Assembly: GCA_042096455.1 (NCBI GenBank)
Contig: JBELLU010000015.1
Span: forward strand, 332 to 32,331
Direction: 5' to 3'
DNA length: 32,000 nucleotides
Origin: Opitutia bacterium
Lineage (GTDB): Bacteria; Verrucomicrobiota; Verrucomicrobiia; Opitutales; Coraliomargaritaceae
Below are positions 1 through 8,457 of the stretch, piece after piece. Positions within the stretch are counted from its first letter, which is position 1, and every line of letters starts with the position of its first letter. The position numbers and the translations under genes were made by a program. Under the pieces are notes generated by a model. The model saw only the letters and a program-made list of their open reading frames with translations, had not been told where the DNA came from and made no database searches.

Positions 1-324
1 AATGAAGCGGGTCAAATTTCATTAGAAATTGAATGCCACAAAGGAATCTGGAAGAAATTCAAATTTCAGTGCTTCGGAAAGAGCTATACCCTCACAGAAA
101 AAGAATTAGAGAATTTAAAAGAATTCCCCTTAAGCTCTCTCAGCACCACACACGAAGGCGGTTATGAGATTCTAGGCGGCTATACAATCCACTTCAAATT
201 CCATAGAATCTATTACGATGGAATGAAGAATCTAGTGAGAAGCGACATTGCGGTCTCAGTAAACAGAAAAGGCTATAAAGTTCATGAACCAATCAACCGA
301 AACTTAGTCAACCAGTCGCGATAG
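1..324 (+). CDS. hypothetical protein, 3' fragment (N-terminus lies upstream of the window)
   Basis: Frame +1 is open from base 1 to TAG at 322-324 (107 codons, NEAGQISLEIECHKGIWKKF...HEPINRNLVNQSR). It is absent from the ORF track only because it has no in-window start. It shares strand and AT-rich composition with the KAP gene ~90 nt downstream. No family recognised. Confidence 0.4.
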   Translation, partial: NEAGQISLEIECHKGIWKKFKFQCFGKSYTLTEKELENLKEFPLSSLSTTHEGGYEILGGYTIHFKFHRIYYDGMKNLVRSDIAVSVNRKGYKVHEPINRNLVNQSR

Positions 325-414
325 CCAACACCTAGGCTGTGCTTAGGCGCGTCTATCCATAGCATGATCTCCTAGAGTTTATTTTGTTAATTTCTAATCA
401 TATTTTTGAGCGCT

Positions 415-1734
415 ATGAAAATTGAAACCTTTGAAGACGATTGTTTTGGCTTAAAGGAATTCGCCAAGCGACTTGAGCAATTTATCTGCGTTGAATACGA
501 ATTTGTTGAGGGCAGTCTAGTGATGGGTTTAAATTCACCATTTGGAAACGGCAAAAGCACTTTCCTTCAAATGTGGCAAAATGCTTGGTTTGAGGATAGA
601 GAAGAAGCACCATTTGCAATTTCATTGAATGCTTGGGAAAGCGATTATGTCGGCAATCCCTTGTTTGCATTAATCTCTGCATTTAAAAACCGCCTAGTAC
701 CCGATGATGAAAATCTTAGTAAAATCAACAATGCGATCAAAAAGATAGGAAGATTTGGCTTAGATGTCCTGTTGCAAACTATTGAATCAAAAGTTGGGGT
801 TGACGTAGAAGAAGCAGTCAAAAAATCGAACCCTGAAAAATCACCAACAGTATTTGCACAGTACGAAGAAGAAAAAGAGGCAATGGCTGATTTAAAGGGT
901 GCAATCAAAGATTGTATCAATAAGGACGGATTAAAATTTGTATTTCTAGTTGATGAGCTCGACCGTTGCAGACCCGATTATGCAATATCCTACCTTGAAA
1001 CAATTAAGCATATTTTTGACATCAAAGGTATCGTTTTTATCATTGCGGCAGATCGAATTCATTTGGAAAACTCAGCAAAAAAAGCCTTTGGTTGCCGCCT
1101 CAACTTTGATGAATACTACCGCAAATTCGTGCATCGAGAAGCTGAACTTCCCCAAATTCAAAAAAATGGATTCCAAAATTTATCCAAAGCTTACATATCG
1201 TATTATTTAGAAAAAGGAAAACGCAGTAGTTATTTAGACACAAACTCCTACATACGTGATAGCTATGCCACACTTTTTAATGGTTTTAATCTTACACCAA
1301 GACAAGTTCAGGAAGTTTTTCGAATTATTGGTCATGCACTTTCAAAAAAGCCAAATAATGACTATAAACTGGATGATGAAGCTTCAATTTTAGTCATGAT
1401 AATGACTATTTTAAGAATTAAAAATAATGATATGTACAAACTGCTTTCACAGGGAAAAGCTGAATGTACTGAATTTGTTAAAATTATGCGCAGTGTTATT
1501 AATAATGAACGTATACTTAAAAATATTTTTAAATTAACACTATTTTGGGGCGGAATAAAAGTTGTAAAAGACAATATAATTGATGAATACTTTCAATGTG
1601 TAGATTTGTATGATCCCAACGACTCGTTTGGTGATATGACTTTTAAAACATATAAGATTTATACAAAGAACACAAACGAAAACCTTTTCCTCCACACTTA
1701 TCAAACCATTGAAAGTATAAAAGAATGGGATTAA
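415..1734 (+). CDS. KAP-family P-loop NTPase (no obvious transmembrane insert)
   Basis: Walker A in the KAP style, aromatic-G-x-GKS (SPFGNGKSTF, nt ~544-561). Walker B and KAP signature FVFLVDELDRCRPDYAISYLETIKHIF, followed by IVFIIAADRIHL. No ~20-aa hydrophobic stretch between Walker A and B. ATG at 415; the ORF track uses an in-frame TTG at 406. TAA at 1732-1734. Confidence 0.85.
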   Translation: MKIETFEDDCFGLKEFAKRLEQFICVEYEFVEGSLVMGLNSPFGNGKSTFLQMWQNAWFEDREEAPFAISLNAWESDYVGNPLFALISAFKNRLVPDDENLSKINNAIKKIGRFGLDVLLQTIESKVGVDVEEAVKKSNPEKSPTVFAQYEEEKEAMADLKGAIKDCINKDGLKFVFLVDELDRCRPDYAISYLETIKHIFDIKGIVFIIAADRIHLENSAKKAFGCRLNFDEYYRKFVHREAELPQIQKNGFQNLSKAYISYYLEKGKRSSYLDTNSYIRDSYATLFNGFNLTPRQVQEVFRIIGHALSKKPNNDYKLDDEASILVMIMTILRIKNNDMYKLLSQGKAECTEFVKIMRSVINNERILKNIFKLTLFWGGIKVVKDNIIDEYFQCVDLYDPNDSFGDMTFKTYKIYTKNTNENLFLHTYQTIESIKEWD

Positions 1735-1761
1735 ACTTCTAAACACTTTTTATCCAAACCC

Positions 1762-2733
1762 CTACCCCAGCATTTGCTGCAGTGCGACGGCGACGGGGAG
1801 TGTGCCTTGGGCGACGGCGGTTTGGGTTTCGGCGAGGCGTTGGGCGTGTTTGTGTTTGAAGTCTTCCATGACGGCTTGTTGGAGGCGGGTGTTGAACCAG
1901 TCGAGGTTCTGTACCTGACGGCGTTCGTGGAAGACGCCGCTTTGTTGGGTCTCGGCGCGGAAGGTCTCGACGAGTTCCCAGATGGCGTCGATGCCGTGTT
2001 TATGGAGGGCGGAACAGGTGGCGGCGCGGGGTTTCCATCCGGGGGTGAAGGGTTGGAGGATTTGGAGGAGGCGTTCGTATTCGCTGCGGGCGAGTTCGGC
2101 GGGGGTGGTGTTGTCGCCGTCGGCTTTGTTGATGACGATAAGGTCGGCGAGTTCGACGATGCCTTTTTTGATTCCCTGAAGGGCGTCTCCCGCGCCGGTG
2201 ATTTGCAGGAGGAGGAAGCAATCGGTCATGGTGCGCACGGCGGTCTCGCCCTGCCCGACTCCGACGGTTTCAACGAGGATGACATCGTAGCCGGCGGCTT
2301 CGCAAATAAGGAGGGCTTCACGGGTGCGAGCGGCGACCCCGCCGGGGCTGTCGCCGGAGGGTGAGGGCCGGATAAAGGCATTGGGTTCGCGGCAGAGGGT
2401 TTCCATGCGGGTTTTATCGCCGAGGATGCTGCCGCCGTGCACGGAACTGCTGGGATCGACCGCGAGGACCGCAACTTTTTTGCCGAGGCCGCAGAGATGC
2501 ATACCGAGGGCTTCGATAAAGGTGCTCTTGCCGGCGCCCGGGACGCCGGTGAGGCCGAGGCGGAGGGCGCCGCCGCTGTGCGGGAGGAGCGCCTGCATGA
2601 GGGCGTGCGCGGCGTCGGCGTGACGCGGGGCGCGGCTCTCGACGAGGGTAATCGCCTGCGCGAGGCGCGCGCGGTCATTGGCGCGGACCCCCTCGATGAG
2701 GGCTTGGATGTCAAGCTCGCGTGGCGGTGGCAT
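1762..2733 (-). CDS. meaB: methylmalonyl-CoA mutase-associated G3E GTPase MeaB/ArgK
   Basis: LGLTGVPGAGKSTFIEALG (P-loop), GGSILGDKTRM, DVILVETVGVGQGE, LIVINKADGDN (NKxD). Start taken at ATG 2733 (MPPPRELDIQALIEG...). The track's 435-aa version would run through the upstream scpC gene. TAG at 1762-1764. Confidence 0.9.
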   Translation of the reverse strand: MPPPRELDIQALIEGVRANDRARLAQAITLVESRAPRHADAAHALMQALLPHSGGALRLGLTGVPGAGKSTFIEALGMHLCGLGKKVAVLAVDPSSSVHGGSILGDKTRMETLCREPNAFIRPSPSGDSPGGVAARTREALLICEAAGYDVILVETVGVGQGETAVRTMTDCFLLLQITGAGDALQGIKKGIVELADLIVINKADGDNTTPAELARSEYERLLQILQPFTPGWKPRAATCSALHKHGIDAIWELVETFRAETQQSGVFHERRQVQNLDWFNTRLQQAVMEDFKHKHAQRLAETQTAVAQGTLPVAVALQQMLG

Positions 2734-2747
2734 GGGAGGGGCGCGGT

Positions 2748-4241
2748 TTACAGGTCGGCGCGGCGCATGTCCTTGTGTTCGAGGAAGGCCTGATGCATCG
2801 CGAAGGCTTTGGAGAGGGTCTGCGGGGTGTGCCCGTTTTTGGTGTCGCCCATATAATGAAGGAGCGGTTCGCGGTAGTCCGGGTGGGCGCAGTTGAGGAT
2901 GATCTCGTGGGCGCGCTGGACGGGATCCTTGCCCCGGAGGTCGGCGATGCCCTGCTCGGTAATGATGACGTTGACGGAATGCTCGCTGTGATCGAGGTGC
3001 GCGACCGCCGGCACGATGGTGCTGACGGCGCCGTCCTTCGCAATGGAGGGACAGGTGAAGATCGAGCAATAGGCGTTGCGGGTGAAATCACCGGAACCGC
3101 CGATGCCGTTCATGAGGTTTTTGCCCATGACGTGGGTGGAGTTCACGTTGCCAAAGATATCGACCTCGATCGCGGTGTTGATGGTGATGATACCGAGGCG
3201 ACGCACGACTTCGGGGTGATTGGAGAGTTCCTGCGGGCGGAGGACCAGACGTTCCTTGAAGAAATCCAGATCGTCATACATGCCCTTAAGGGTTTCGGGG
3301 GAAACCGTGATGGAAGCGGCGGAGGCGTAGGTGATGGCGCCCTTCCGCATCAACTCGACCACGCTGTCCTGCACGACCTCGGAATACATTTCAAAGGCGG
3401 GAATATTGGGATTGGCGCCCATCGCACCGAGGACCGCGTTGGCGATGTTGCCCACCCCCGATTGCACCGGCAGGAAGGATTTCGGCATCCGCCCGGAATC
3501 GATTTCCTCCGCGAGGAATTGCGCGACCTTTTCACCAATGGTGCGGGTGGTCGGGTCGGCGGGCTTGAAACCGCCCACTTCGTCGGGGAGGTTGGTTTTG
3601 ACGATACCGACGATCTTGGCGGGATCGACTTTTACGGCGGGGGAACCGATGCGGTCGCGCACGCGGAAGATGGGGATTTCGCGGCGGCGGGGCGGATCCT
3701 GCGGGCTGTAAATATCGTGGAGCCCCGCCAGTTCCGGCGGGTGGAATTCGTTCAGCTCGATGAGGATTTTATCGGCGAGTTCGCAGAAGGTATTGCTCGC
3801 ACCCACGCTGGTGGTGAGGATGATCTCGCCCTCGTCCGAGACCGAGGCCGCTTCCACCACTGCGAAGTTGAAATGCCCGAGGTGTCCGTAACGGGCGGCC
3901 TGCGGCAACATCGAGAGGTGCATATCAAAGAAATTCGCCTCCCCGGAATTGATCGCCTTACGGAGATGGGGATTGCTCTGGTAGGGCGTGCGAAAAAGGA
4001 CGGCGTTGGCGCGGGATAGTTCCCCGTCGAGGGAATCGCCGGTGGAGGCACCGGTCACGATACCGACCTTGAAGGGGCGGCCCGCGGCGTGTTCCGCCTC
4101 GGCGCGGCGCGCAAGGGCTGTGGGAATCGCCTTCGCGGCTCCGGCAGGAGTGAAACCGCTGAAGCCGATGATGTTTCGATCAGCGATCATAGCGGCGGCT
4201 TCCTCCGCGCTGATGACCGGAATTTGCGTCATTGTTGGCAT
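2748..4241 (-). CDS. scpC: propionyl-CoA:succinate CoA-transferase (acetyl-CoA hydrolase/transferase family, ScpC/YgfH-like)
   Basis: 497 aa. Blocks FSGFTPAGAAKAIPTALARRA, LPVQSGVGNIANAV, MNGIGGSGDFTRNAY and HSEHSVNVIITEQGIADLRG match my recollection of E. coli ScpC (not computed). The gene sits between the decarboxylase genes and meaB. Confidence 0.85.
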   Translation of the reverse strand: MPTMTQIPVISAEEAAAMIADRNIIGFSGFTPAGAAKAIPTALARRAEAEHAAGRPFKVGIVTGASTGDSLDGELSRANAVLFRTPYQSNPHLRKAINSGEANFFDMHLSMLPQAARYGHLGHFNFAVVEAASVSDEGEIILTTSVGASNTFCELADKILIELNEFHPPELAGLHDIYSPQDPPRRREIPIFRVRDRIGSPAVKVDPAKIVGIVKTNLPDEVGGFKPADPTTRTIGEKVAQFLAEEIDSGRMPKSFLPVQSGVGNIANAVLGAMGANPNIPAFEMYSEVVQDSVVELMRKGAITYASAASITVSPETLKGMYDDLDFFKERLVLRPQELSNHPEVVRRLGIITINTAIEVDIFGNVNSTHVMGKNLMNGIGGSGDFTRNAYCSIFTCPSIAKDGAVSTIVPAVAHLDHSEHSVNVIITEQGIADLRGKDPVQRAHEIILNCAHPDYREPLLHYMGDTKNGHTPQTLSKAFAMHQAFLEHKDMRRADL

Positions 4242-4290
4242 GGCTATGGATTTTTGGATTTTAATATTGAGAATAAAATTTGTGGGATGT

Positions 4291-5463
4291 TCAGCCGAGG
4301 ACCGTCATGAAGAAACCCGCGACCAAAGCGGTGCCGATGACGCCCGCGACGTTGGGCCCCATCGCGTGCATGAGAAGGAAATTGGTGGGGTCGGCGCGCT
4401 GGCCCTCCACCTGACTGACGCGCGCCGCCATGGGAACCGCGCTCACCCCTGCCGAGCCGATGAGGGGGTTGATCTTGCGGTGCGAGAAAAGGTTCATGAC
4501 TTTCGCCATGATGATACCGGAGGCGGTCGCGACCGCGAATGCCAGCACTCCAAGGGCGAGGATGCCGAGGGTTTGCGTCGTCAGGAAAACCGCCCCGTGC
4601 ATGGTGATGCCCACGCTGGCGCCGAGGAAAATGGTGACGATGTTGATGATCTCGTTTTGGGCGGATTTGCTGAGGCGGTCGACGACCCCGCATTCGCGCA
4701 TGAAATTCCCAAAGAAGAGCATGAAAAGGAGGGGCGCCGCGGCGGGAACGACCAGTATTCCGATCATGAGGATCGCGGTGGCGAAGAGGAGTTTTTCGAG
4801 GCGCGAAACCTGCCGCAGTTTGGGCATCCGGATGCGGCGTTCGTCGGAATTGGTAAGGGCGCGCATGATAGGCGGCTGAATCACGGGGACGAGCGCCATG
4901 TAGCTATAGGCCGCCACCGCAATCGGACCGAGGAGGTGCGGTGCCAGTTTGTTGGCGAGGAAGATGGAGGTTGGGCCGTCGGCACCACCGATGATGCTGA
5001 TCGCGCCGCATTCCTGCAGGCTGTATTCCACGCCGATTTTCTTCATGGCGTAAGCGGCAAGAAAGACCCCGAAGACTCCGAACTGCGCCGCCGCGCCCAG
5101 CAACATGGTGCGCGGGTTCGCGATGAGCGGCCCGAAATCGGTCAGCGCCCCCACCCCCATGAAAATGATGGGCGGGAATAATTCCAAATGAATACCCTGA
5201 AAGAGGTAATAGAACAGTCCACCAGATCCATCCTCGCGCAGGGGCACGGCACGGCCCGCGAATTCGAGCCCCTCCATGATGCCCTCGGTCGGGAGGTTCG
5301 CGAGGAGCGTCCCAAAGGCAATCGGCACCAAGAGCAGGGGCTCAAACTTGCGATAGACCGCAAGGTAGAGCAACACCGCTACAATGAGCCACATCACCAG
5401 CATTTGCCAGGTGACCTCACTGAAGCCCGTATGCCCGAGTAATTCGATAATGGGCTCAAGCAT
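4291..5463 (-). CDS. mmdB: Na+-translocating decarboxylase beta subunit (methylmalonyl-CoA/oxaloacetate decarboxylase, OadB/MmdB/GcdB family)
   Basis: 390-aa polytopic membrane protein with family blocks ISIIGGADGPTSIF, FFGNFMRECGVVDRL and NPLIGSAGVSAVPMAARV. Adjacent to the biotin carrier and carboxyltransferase genes. Confidence 0.9.
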   Translation of the reverse strand: MLEPIIELLGHTGFSEVTWQMLVMWLIVAVLLYLAVYRKFEPLLLVPIAFGTLLANLPTEGIMEGLEFAGRAVPLREDGSGGLFYYLFQGIHLELFPPIIFMGVGALTDFGPLIANPRTMLLGAAAQFGVFGVFLAAYAMKKIGVEYSLQECGAISIIGGADGPTSIFLANKLAPHLLGPIAVAAYSYMALVPVIQPPIMRALTNSDERRIRMPKLRQVSRLEKLLFATAILMIGILVVPAAAPLLFMLFFGNFMRECGVVDRLSKSAQNEIINIVTIFLGASVGITMHGAVFLTTQTLGILALGVLAFAVATASGIIMAKVMNLFSHRKINPLIGSAGVSAVPMAARVSQVEGQRADPTNFLLMHAMGPNVAGVIGTALVAGFFMTVLG

Positions 5464-5470
5464 CGTTTTT

Positions 5471-5866
5471 TCAGGCGATCACCAGAAGTGTCTGACCTTC
5501 CTCCACCGCCTCACTGGCGTTGACCTCGATGGACTTTACCACGCCGGAGGCGGGAGCCTGTACGAGGGTATTCATTTTCATGGCTTCGAGGGTGGCAACA
5601 TTCTGCCCCGCCTCAACCTGGTCGCCTACTGCGACATCGATGGAAACCACCACCGCGGCGAGCGGACTGACGACCGAGCCCTCTCCCGCAGAACCGGAAG
5701 CGGCGGGCTTCGGTGCAGCGGGCTTGGCTGCGGCGGGCGCGGGCGTATTGACGCGGGCGCTGGCAACCGACGCCGGACGGGGCGCGGGCGCGCCGTTGTT
5801 TTCATTGAGGAGTTCGACCTCAACATCGTAAGTCTTACCTTCAACTGTGATGCGTAATTGTTTCAT
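5471..5866 (-). CDS. mmdC: biotin carboxyl carrier subunit of the decarboxylase (MmdC-like)
   Basis: 131 aa. Ala/Pro-rich linker (PAPAAAKPAAPKPAASG) followed by a biotinyl domain with the EAMKM biotinylation motif (TLEAMKMNT). Confidence 0.85.
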   Translation of the reverse strand: MKQLRITVEGKTYDVEVELLNENNGAPAPRPASVASARVNTPAPAAAKPAAPKPAASGSAGEGSVVSPLAAVVVSIDVAVGDQVEAGQNVATLEAMKMNTLVQAPASGVVKSIEVNASEAVEEGQTLLVIA

Positions 5867-5898
5867 ATCTATGCTATTGTTAAATGTGGATCACCGCC

Positions 5899-6315
5899 TT
5901 AATTGCGGCCAAGTCTTGAAGAGAAAATCTGTCGGCGACCTTCCTGCGCCCAACCGCCGCCGGAACTGGAACGAATCGAAACGATGCGCCCCCTGCCATT
6001 GCCGATGACGCTGTGAATCGCCGCCGCGATGACCGCCTGAATGACGGGGTCGTCCTCGGTGGCAACTTTCCGCTCAGCCGATTGGCCGGCGGGGGTTGCC
6101 GCCGCTTCCGCCTCCATGCGCGCGGCGTTTTCCTCGGCTGCGATGACAGCGCGCCGCGCGAATAAAAAGCCCATGATACTCGTCACTGTCGCGAGCAGGG
6201 AAAGAATCAGGACCACGAACAAAAATCCCAGCACGACAAGCGGGACGGCCTGCACTTCGGGCGAGCCCCCTACCCCGCTTTCCGCGGTGGCGATAATAAT
6301 GGAGAATGTATTCAT
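5899..6315 (-). CDS. mmdD: small membrane-anchor subunit of the decarboxylase (OadG/MmdD-like)
   Basis: 138 aa. One N-terminal TM helix (PLVVLGFLFVVLILSLLATVTSIMGFLF), an Ala/Glu-rich linker and a conserved-looking tail (DPVIQAVIAAAIHSV). Its position between mmdA and mmdC matches the Veillonella mmdA-D-(E)-C-B order as I recall it. Confidence 0.65.
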   Translation of the reverse strand: MNTFSIIIATAESGVGGSPEVQAVPLVVLGFLFVVLILSLLATVTSIMGFLFARRAVIAAEENAARMEAEAAATPAGQSAERKVATEDDPVIQAVIAAAIHSVIGNGRGRIVSIRSSSGGGWAQEGRRQIFSSRLGRN

Positions 6316-6322
6316 ATTTTAA

Positions 6323-7873
6323 CTACAGAGGGATATTGCCGTGTTTCTTGGGCGGGCGGGTGTCGCGTTTACTGAGGGTGTTGCGGAGCGCGAGCGCCAC
6401 CGCCGCCCGGGAACGGGACGGTTCGATCACGTCGGTTATCATGGCGTTGGCGGCGGCCTGATAGGGCGAGGCGAATTCGGATTGGTATTCCGCGGCGATT
6501 TCGGCGGCGCGCGCCTTGGGATCGTCGGCGGCCTGCAATTCGCGGCGGAAGAGCACCTGCACCGCGCCCTCCGCGCCCATCACCGCAATTTCCGCAGTGG
6601 GCCATGCGAAGACCATATCGGCCCCTAGGTCGGCGGAACACATCGCGAGGTAGGCGCCACCGTAGGCCTTGCGCATGATGAGGGTGACCTTCGGCACCGT
6701 CGAGGCGGCGTAGGCAAAGAGCATTTTGGCTCCGTGGCGAATGATGCCGCCCTGCTCCTGCGCCAATCCCGGCATGAAGCCCGGCACATCCACCAGCGTG
6801 ACGAGCGGAATGTTGTAGACGTTGCAGGTCCGGATGAAGCGTGCCCCTTTGTCGGAACTGTCGATATCGAGCGTGCCCGCCTTCACCATCGGGTTGTTGG
6901 CGATGATACCGACCACCACGCCCTCAATGCGGGCAAAACCAACAATGAGGCTCCGTGCGAAATCGGGCATAATCTCAAAGAAATCTCCGGCATCCACGAG
7001 CCGGTCGATCACCGCGTAAACGTCGAGGGGATCCTTGGGCGAAGCCGGCACGAGCTCGTTCATCTCGGGGTCGTCGCTCAAATCGAGATCATCCATTTGA
7101 TGGGGCGGGTCGGAAATGTTGTTGCTCGGCAAGAAGGAGAGCAACTTGGTGGTCAGCTCCATGGCGTGCCGATCGTCATTCGCAACGAGGTGAATATTGC
7201 CGGAGATGCTCGCGTGGGCGTCGGCGGAGGCGAACTGGGCGAGTTCGGCGGTCTCGCCGGTGGCGGCTTTAATGACGTCCGGCCCGCAAATGAACATATT
7301 GGCGTGATCCCGCGTCATGATGAGGAAATCGGTCAGGGCCGGGGAATAGGCGGCCCCGCCCGCGCAGGGTCCGGCGATCACCGCGACCTGCGGCACCACG
7401 CCCGAGAGCAGGACGTTCTTGAAAAAGACTTGCCCGTATCCGCTCAGGGAATCGACCCCCTCCTGGATCCGCGCGCCCCCGGAGTCATTGATACCGACCA
7501 CCGGCATGCCCGCCTCGTGCGCGAAATCCATGAGGTCGCAGACCTTCTTGGCATGGATGCGCCCGAGGGAACCACCGCTCACCGTGAAATCGTGGGCGTA
7601 GGCCGCCACGGGGCGACCCTCCACCAGACCGGTGCCACAAACCACCCCGTCTCCCGGCAGTTTTTTCTTCTCCATCCCGAAACGATGACAGGAATGCTGG
7701 GCGTGCATCCCGAATTCCTGAAAGGTGTCGGGTTCAAAAAAGGTTTCGAGGCGTTCCCGGGCGTTCAACTGACCGCGCTCGTGGCGTTTCGCCTGTTTAT
7801 CGGCGCCGCCCGCCAAACGCGCCACTTCCCGCCGCGCGTGTAGTTCCTCAAGAAGTTTTGGTTCTATTGCCAT
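6323..7873 (-). CDS. mmdA: methylmalonyl-CoA carboxyltransferase (decarboxylase alpha subunit; acyl-CoA carboxylase beta family)
   Basis: 516 aa. Carboxyltransferase blocks FTVSGGSLG, INDSGGARIQEGVDSL, VAVIAGPCAGGAAYSPA and RKAYGGAYLAM. Confidence 0.9.
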   Translation of the reverse strand: MAIEPKLLEELHARREVARLAGGADKQAKRHERGQLNARERLETFFEPDTFQEFGMHAQHSCHRFGMEKKKLPGDGVVCGTGLVEGRPVAAYAHDFTVSGGSLGRIHAKKVCDLMDFAHEAGMPVVGINDSGGARIQEGVDSLSGYGQVFFKNVLLSGVVPQVAVIAGPCAGGAAYSPALTDFLIMTRDHANMFICGPDVIKAATGETAELAQFASADAHASISGNIHLVANDDRHAMELTTKLLSFLPSNNISDPPHQMDDLDLSDDPEMNELVPASPKDPLDVYAVIDRLVDAGDFFEIMPDFARSLIVGFARIEGVVVGIIANNPMVKAGTLDIDSSDKGARFIRTCNVYNIPLVTLVDVPGFMPGLAQEQGGIIRHGAKMLFAYAASTVPKVTLIMRKAYGGAYLAMCSADLGADMVFAWPTAEIAVMGAEGAVQVLFRRELQAADDPKARAAEIAAEYQSEFASPYQAAANAMITDVIEPSRSRAAVALALRNTLSKRDTRPPKKHGNIPL

Positions 7874-7897
7874 ATTTTTTACTGTTGTAGATGAAAT

Positions 7898-8320
7898 TTA
7901 ATGGACCCCGGATTCTCCGTTTTGTTTAGTGCAAAGTTCGGTTAGCACCCCGTGTGTTGACTTGGGATGTAAAAATGCGACGGCTTTACCGCCCGCACCC
8001 CGGATGGGTTGCTCGTGGATCAAGCGGACGCCTTTGGAGGCGATGTCCTGCAATTGGCCTTCAATTGCATCTGTATAAAAAGCGATGTGGTGCACTCCCT
8101 CACCGTTTTTTTCGATGAACTTCGCAATGGGGCTTTCCGGTCCGGTCGCCTCCAGGAGCTCCAGGTGCACTTCCCCAGCTTCGAAGAATGCAGTCCTAAC
8201 CTGTTGCGATTCAACCGTTTCCTCGCCGCAAAGCTTTAAACCAAGCGCATCGCGATAATATTTTTTTGAAACTTCCAAGTCACGTACCGCAACCCCTATG
8301 TGATCTATTTTTGTAATCAT
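7898..8320 (-). CDS. mce: methylmalonyl-CoA epimerase (VOC/glyoxalase superfamily)
   Basis: 140 aa. Blocks KIDHIGVAVRDLEVSKKYY, EGVHHIAFYTD and HGVLTEL are typical of MCE. It is the first gene of the minus-strand operon. Confidence 0.85.
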   Translation of the reverse strand: MITKIDHIGVAVRDLEVSKKYYRDALGLKLCGEETVESQQVRTAFFEAGEVHLELLEATGPESPIAKFIEKNGEGVHHIAFYTDAIEGQLQDIASKGVRLIHEQPIRGAGGKAVAFLHPKSTHGVLTELCTKQNGESGVH

Positions 8321-8457
8321 GTATTTTTTTACTTTCTTGTGTAATTATTTAGATAAGTTTTGCTTACGTCAATATATTTTTGTATTAAATTTACTTATTG
8401 ACTTGAATTAAAGTTTTGATAACTTTTTATTACAAATCAGGAATATTAATACTACCA
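8321..8457. promoter_or_regulatory. AT-rich divergent intergenic region, presumed promoters for both propionate operons
   Basis: 137 bp that is by eye far more AT-rich than the flanking genes, between the divergent epimerase (start 8320, -) and mutA (start 8458, +). It contains TTGACT (8398-8403) and TATTAAT (8444-8450)-like hexamers, but I cannot pair them convincingly into -35/-10 elements. Confidence 0.4.

Larger units (their letters stand above)
1..1750. other. AT-rich, compositionally foreign islet (probable horizontally acquired DNA; left end outside window)
   Basis: Hand counts give 21/60 G+C for lines 1-60 and 1441-1500, versus 36/60 for line 1801-1860. The switch coincides with the meaB stop at 1762. 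Both ORFs inside are N/K/I-rich. No integrase, tRNA or terminal repeat is visible in the part available. Confidence 0.6.

Noticed and set aside
1735-1761. tRNA gene, integrase or att repeat marking the islet boundary.
   Set aside because: The 27-bp spacer has no cloverleaf-capable sequence or repeat, and no recombinase is present in the visible part of the islet. Mobility therefore cannot be asserted from this window.
2734-3069. N-terminal extensions in the ORF track: meaB to 3069, murG to 23960, ddl to 20643, murF to 29702, murE to 31351, murC/B to 22735.
   Set aside because: The extensions overlap the well-supported upstream gene by 30-340 nt and are Arg/Pro-rich nonsense. Internal ATGs sit exactly at stop-start junctions (ATGA, TGATG) and restore family-typical N-termini.
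2721-4019. Long antisense ORFs: 2721..4019 (+, 432 aa), 3988..5181 (+, 397 aa), 6734..7843 (+, 369 aa), 21491..22744 (+, 417 aa), 29609..30793 (+, 394 aa), 28491..29495 (+, 334 aa), and others.
   Set aside because: Each lies entirely opposite a gene with clear family motifs. Their translations are low-complexity and rich in R/G/A/P/H with no recognisable motif. This is as expected for stop-poor shadow frames in ~60% GC DNA.
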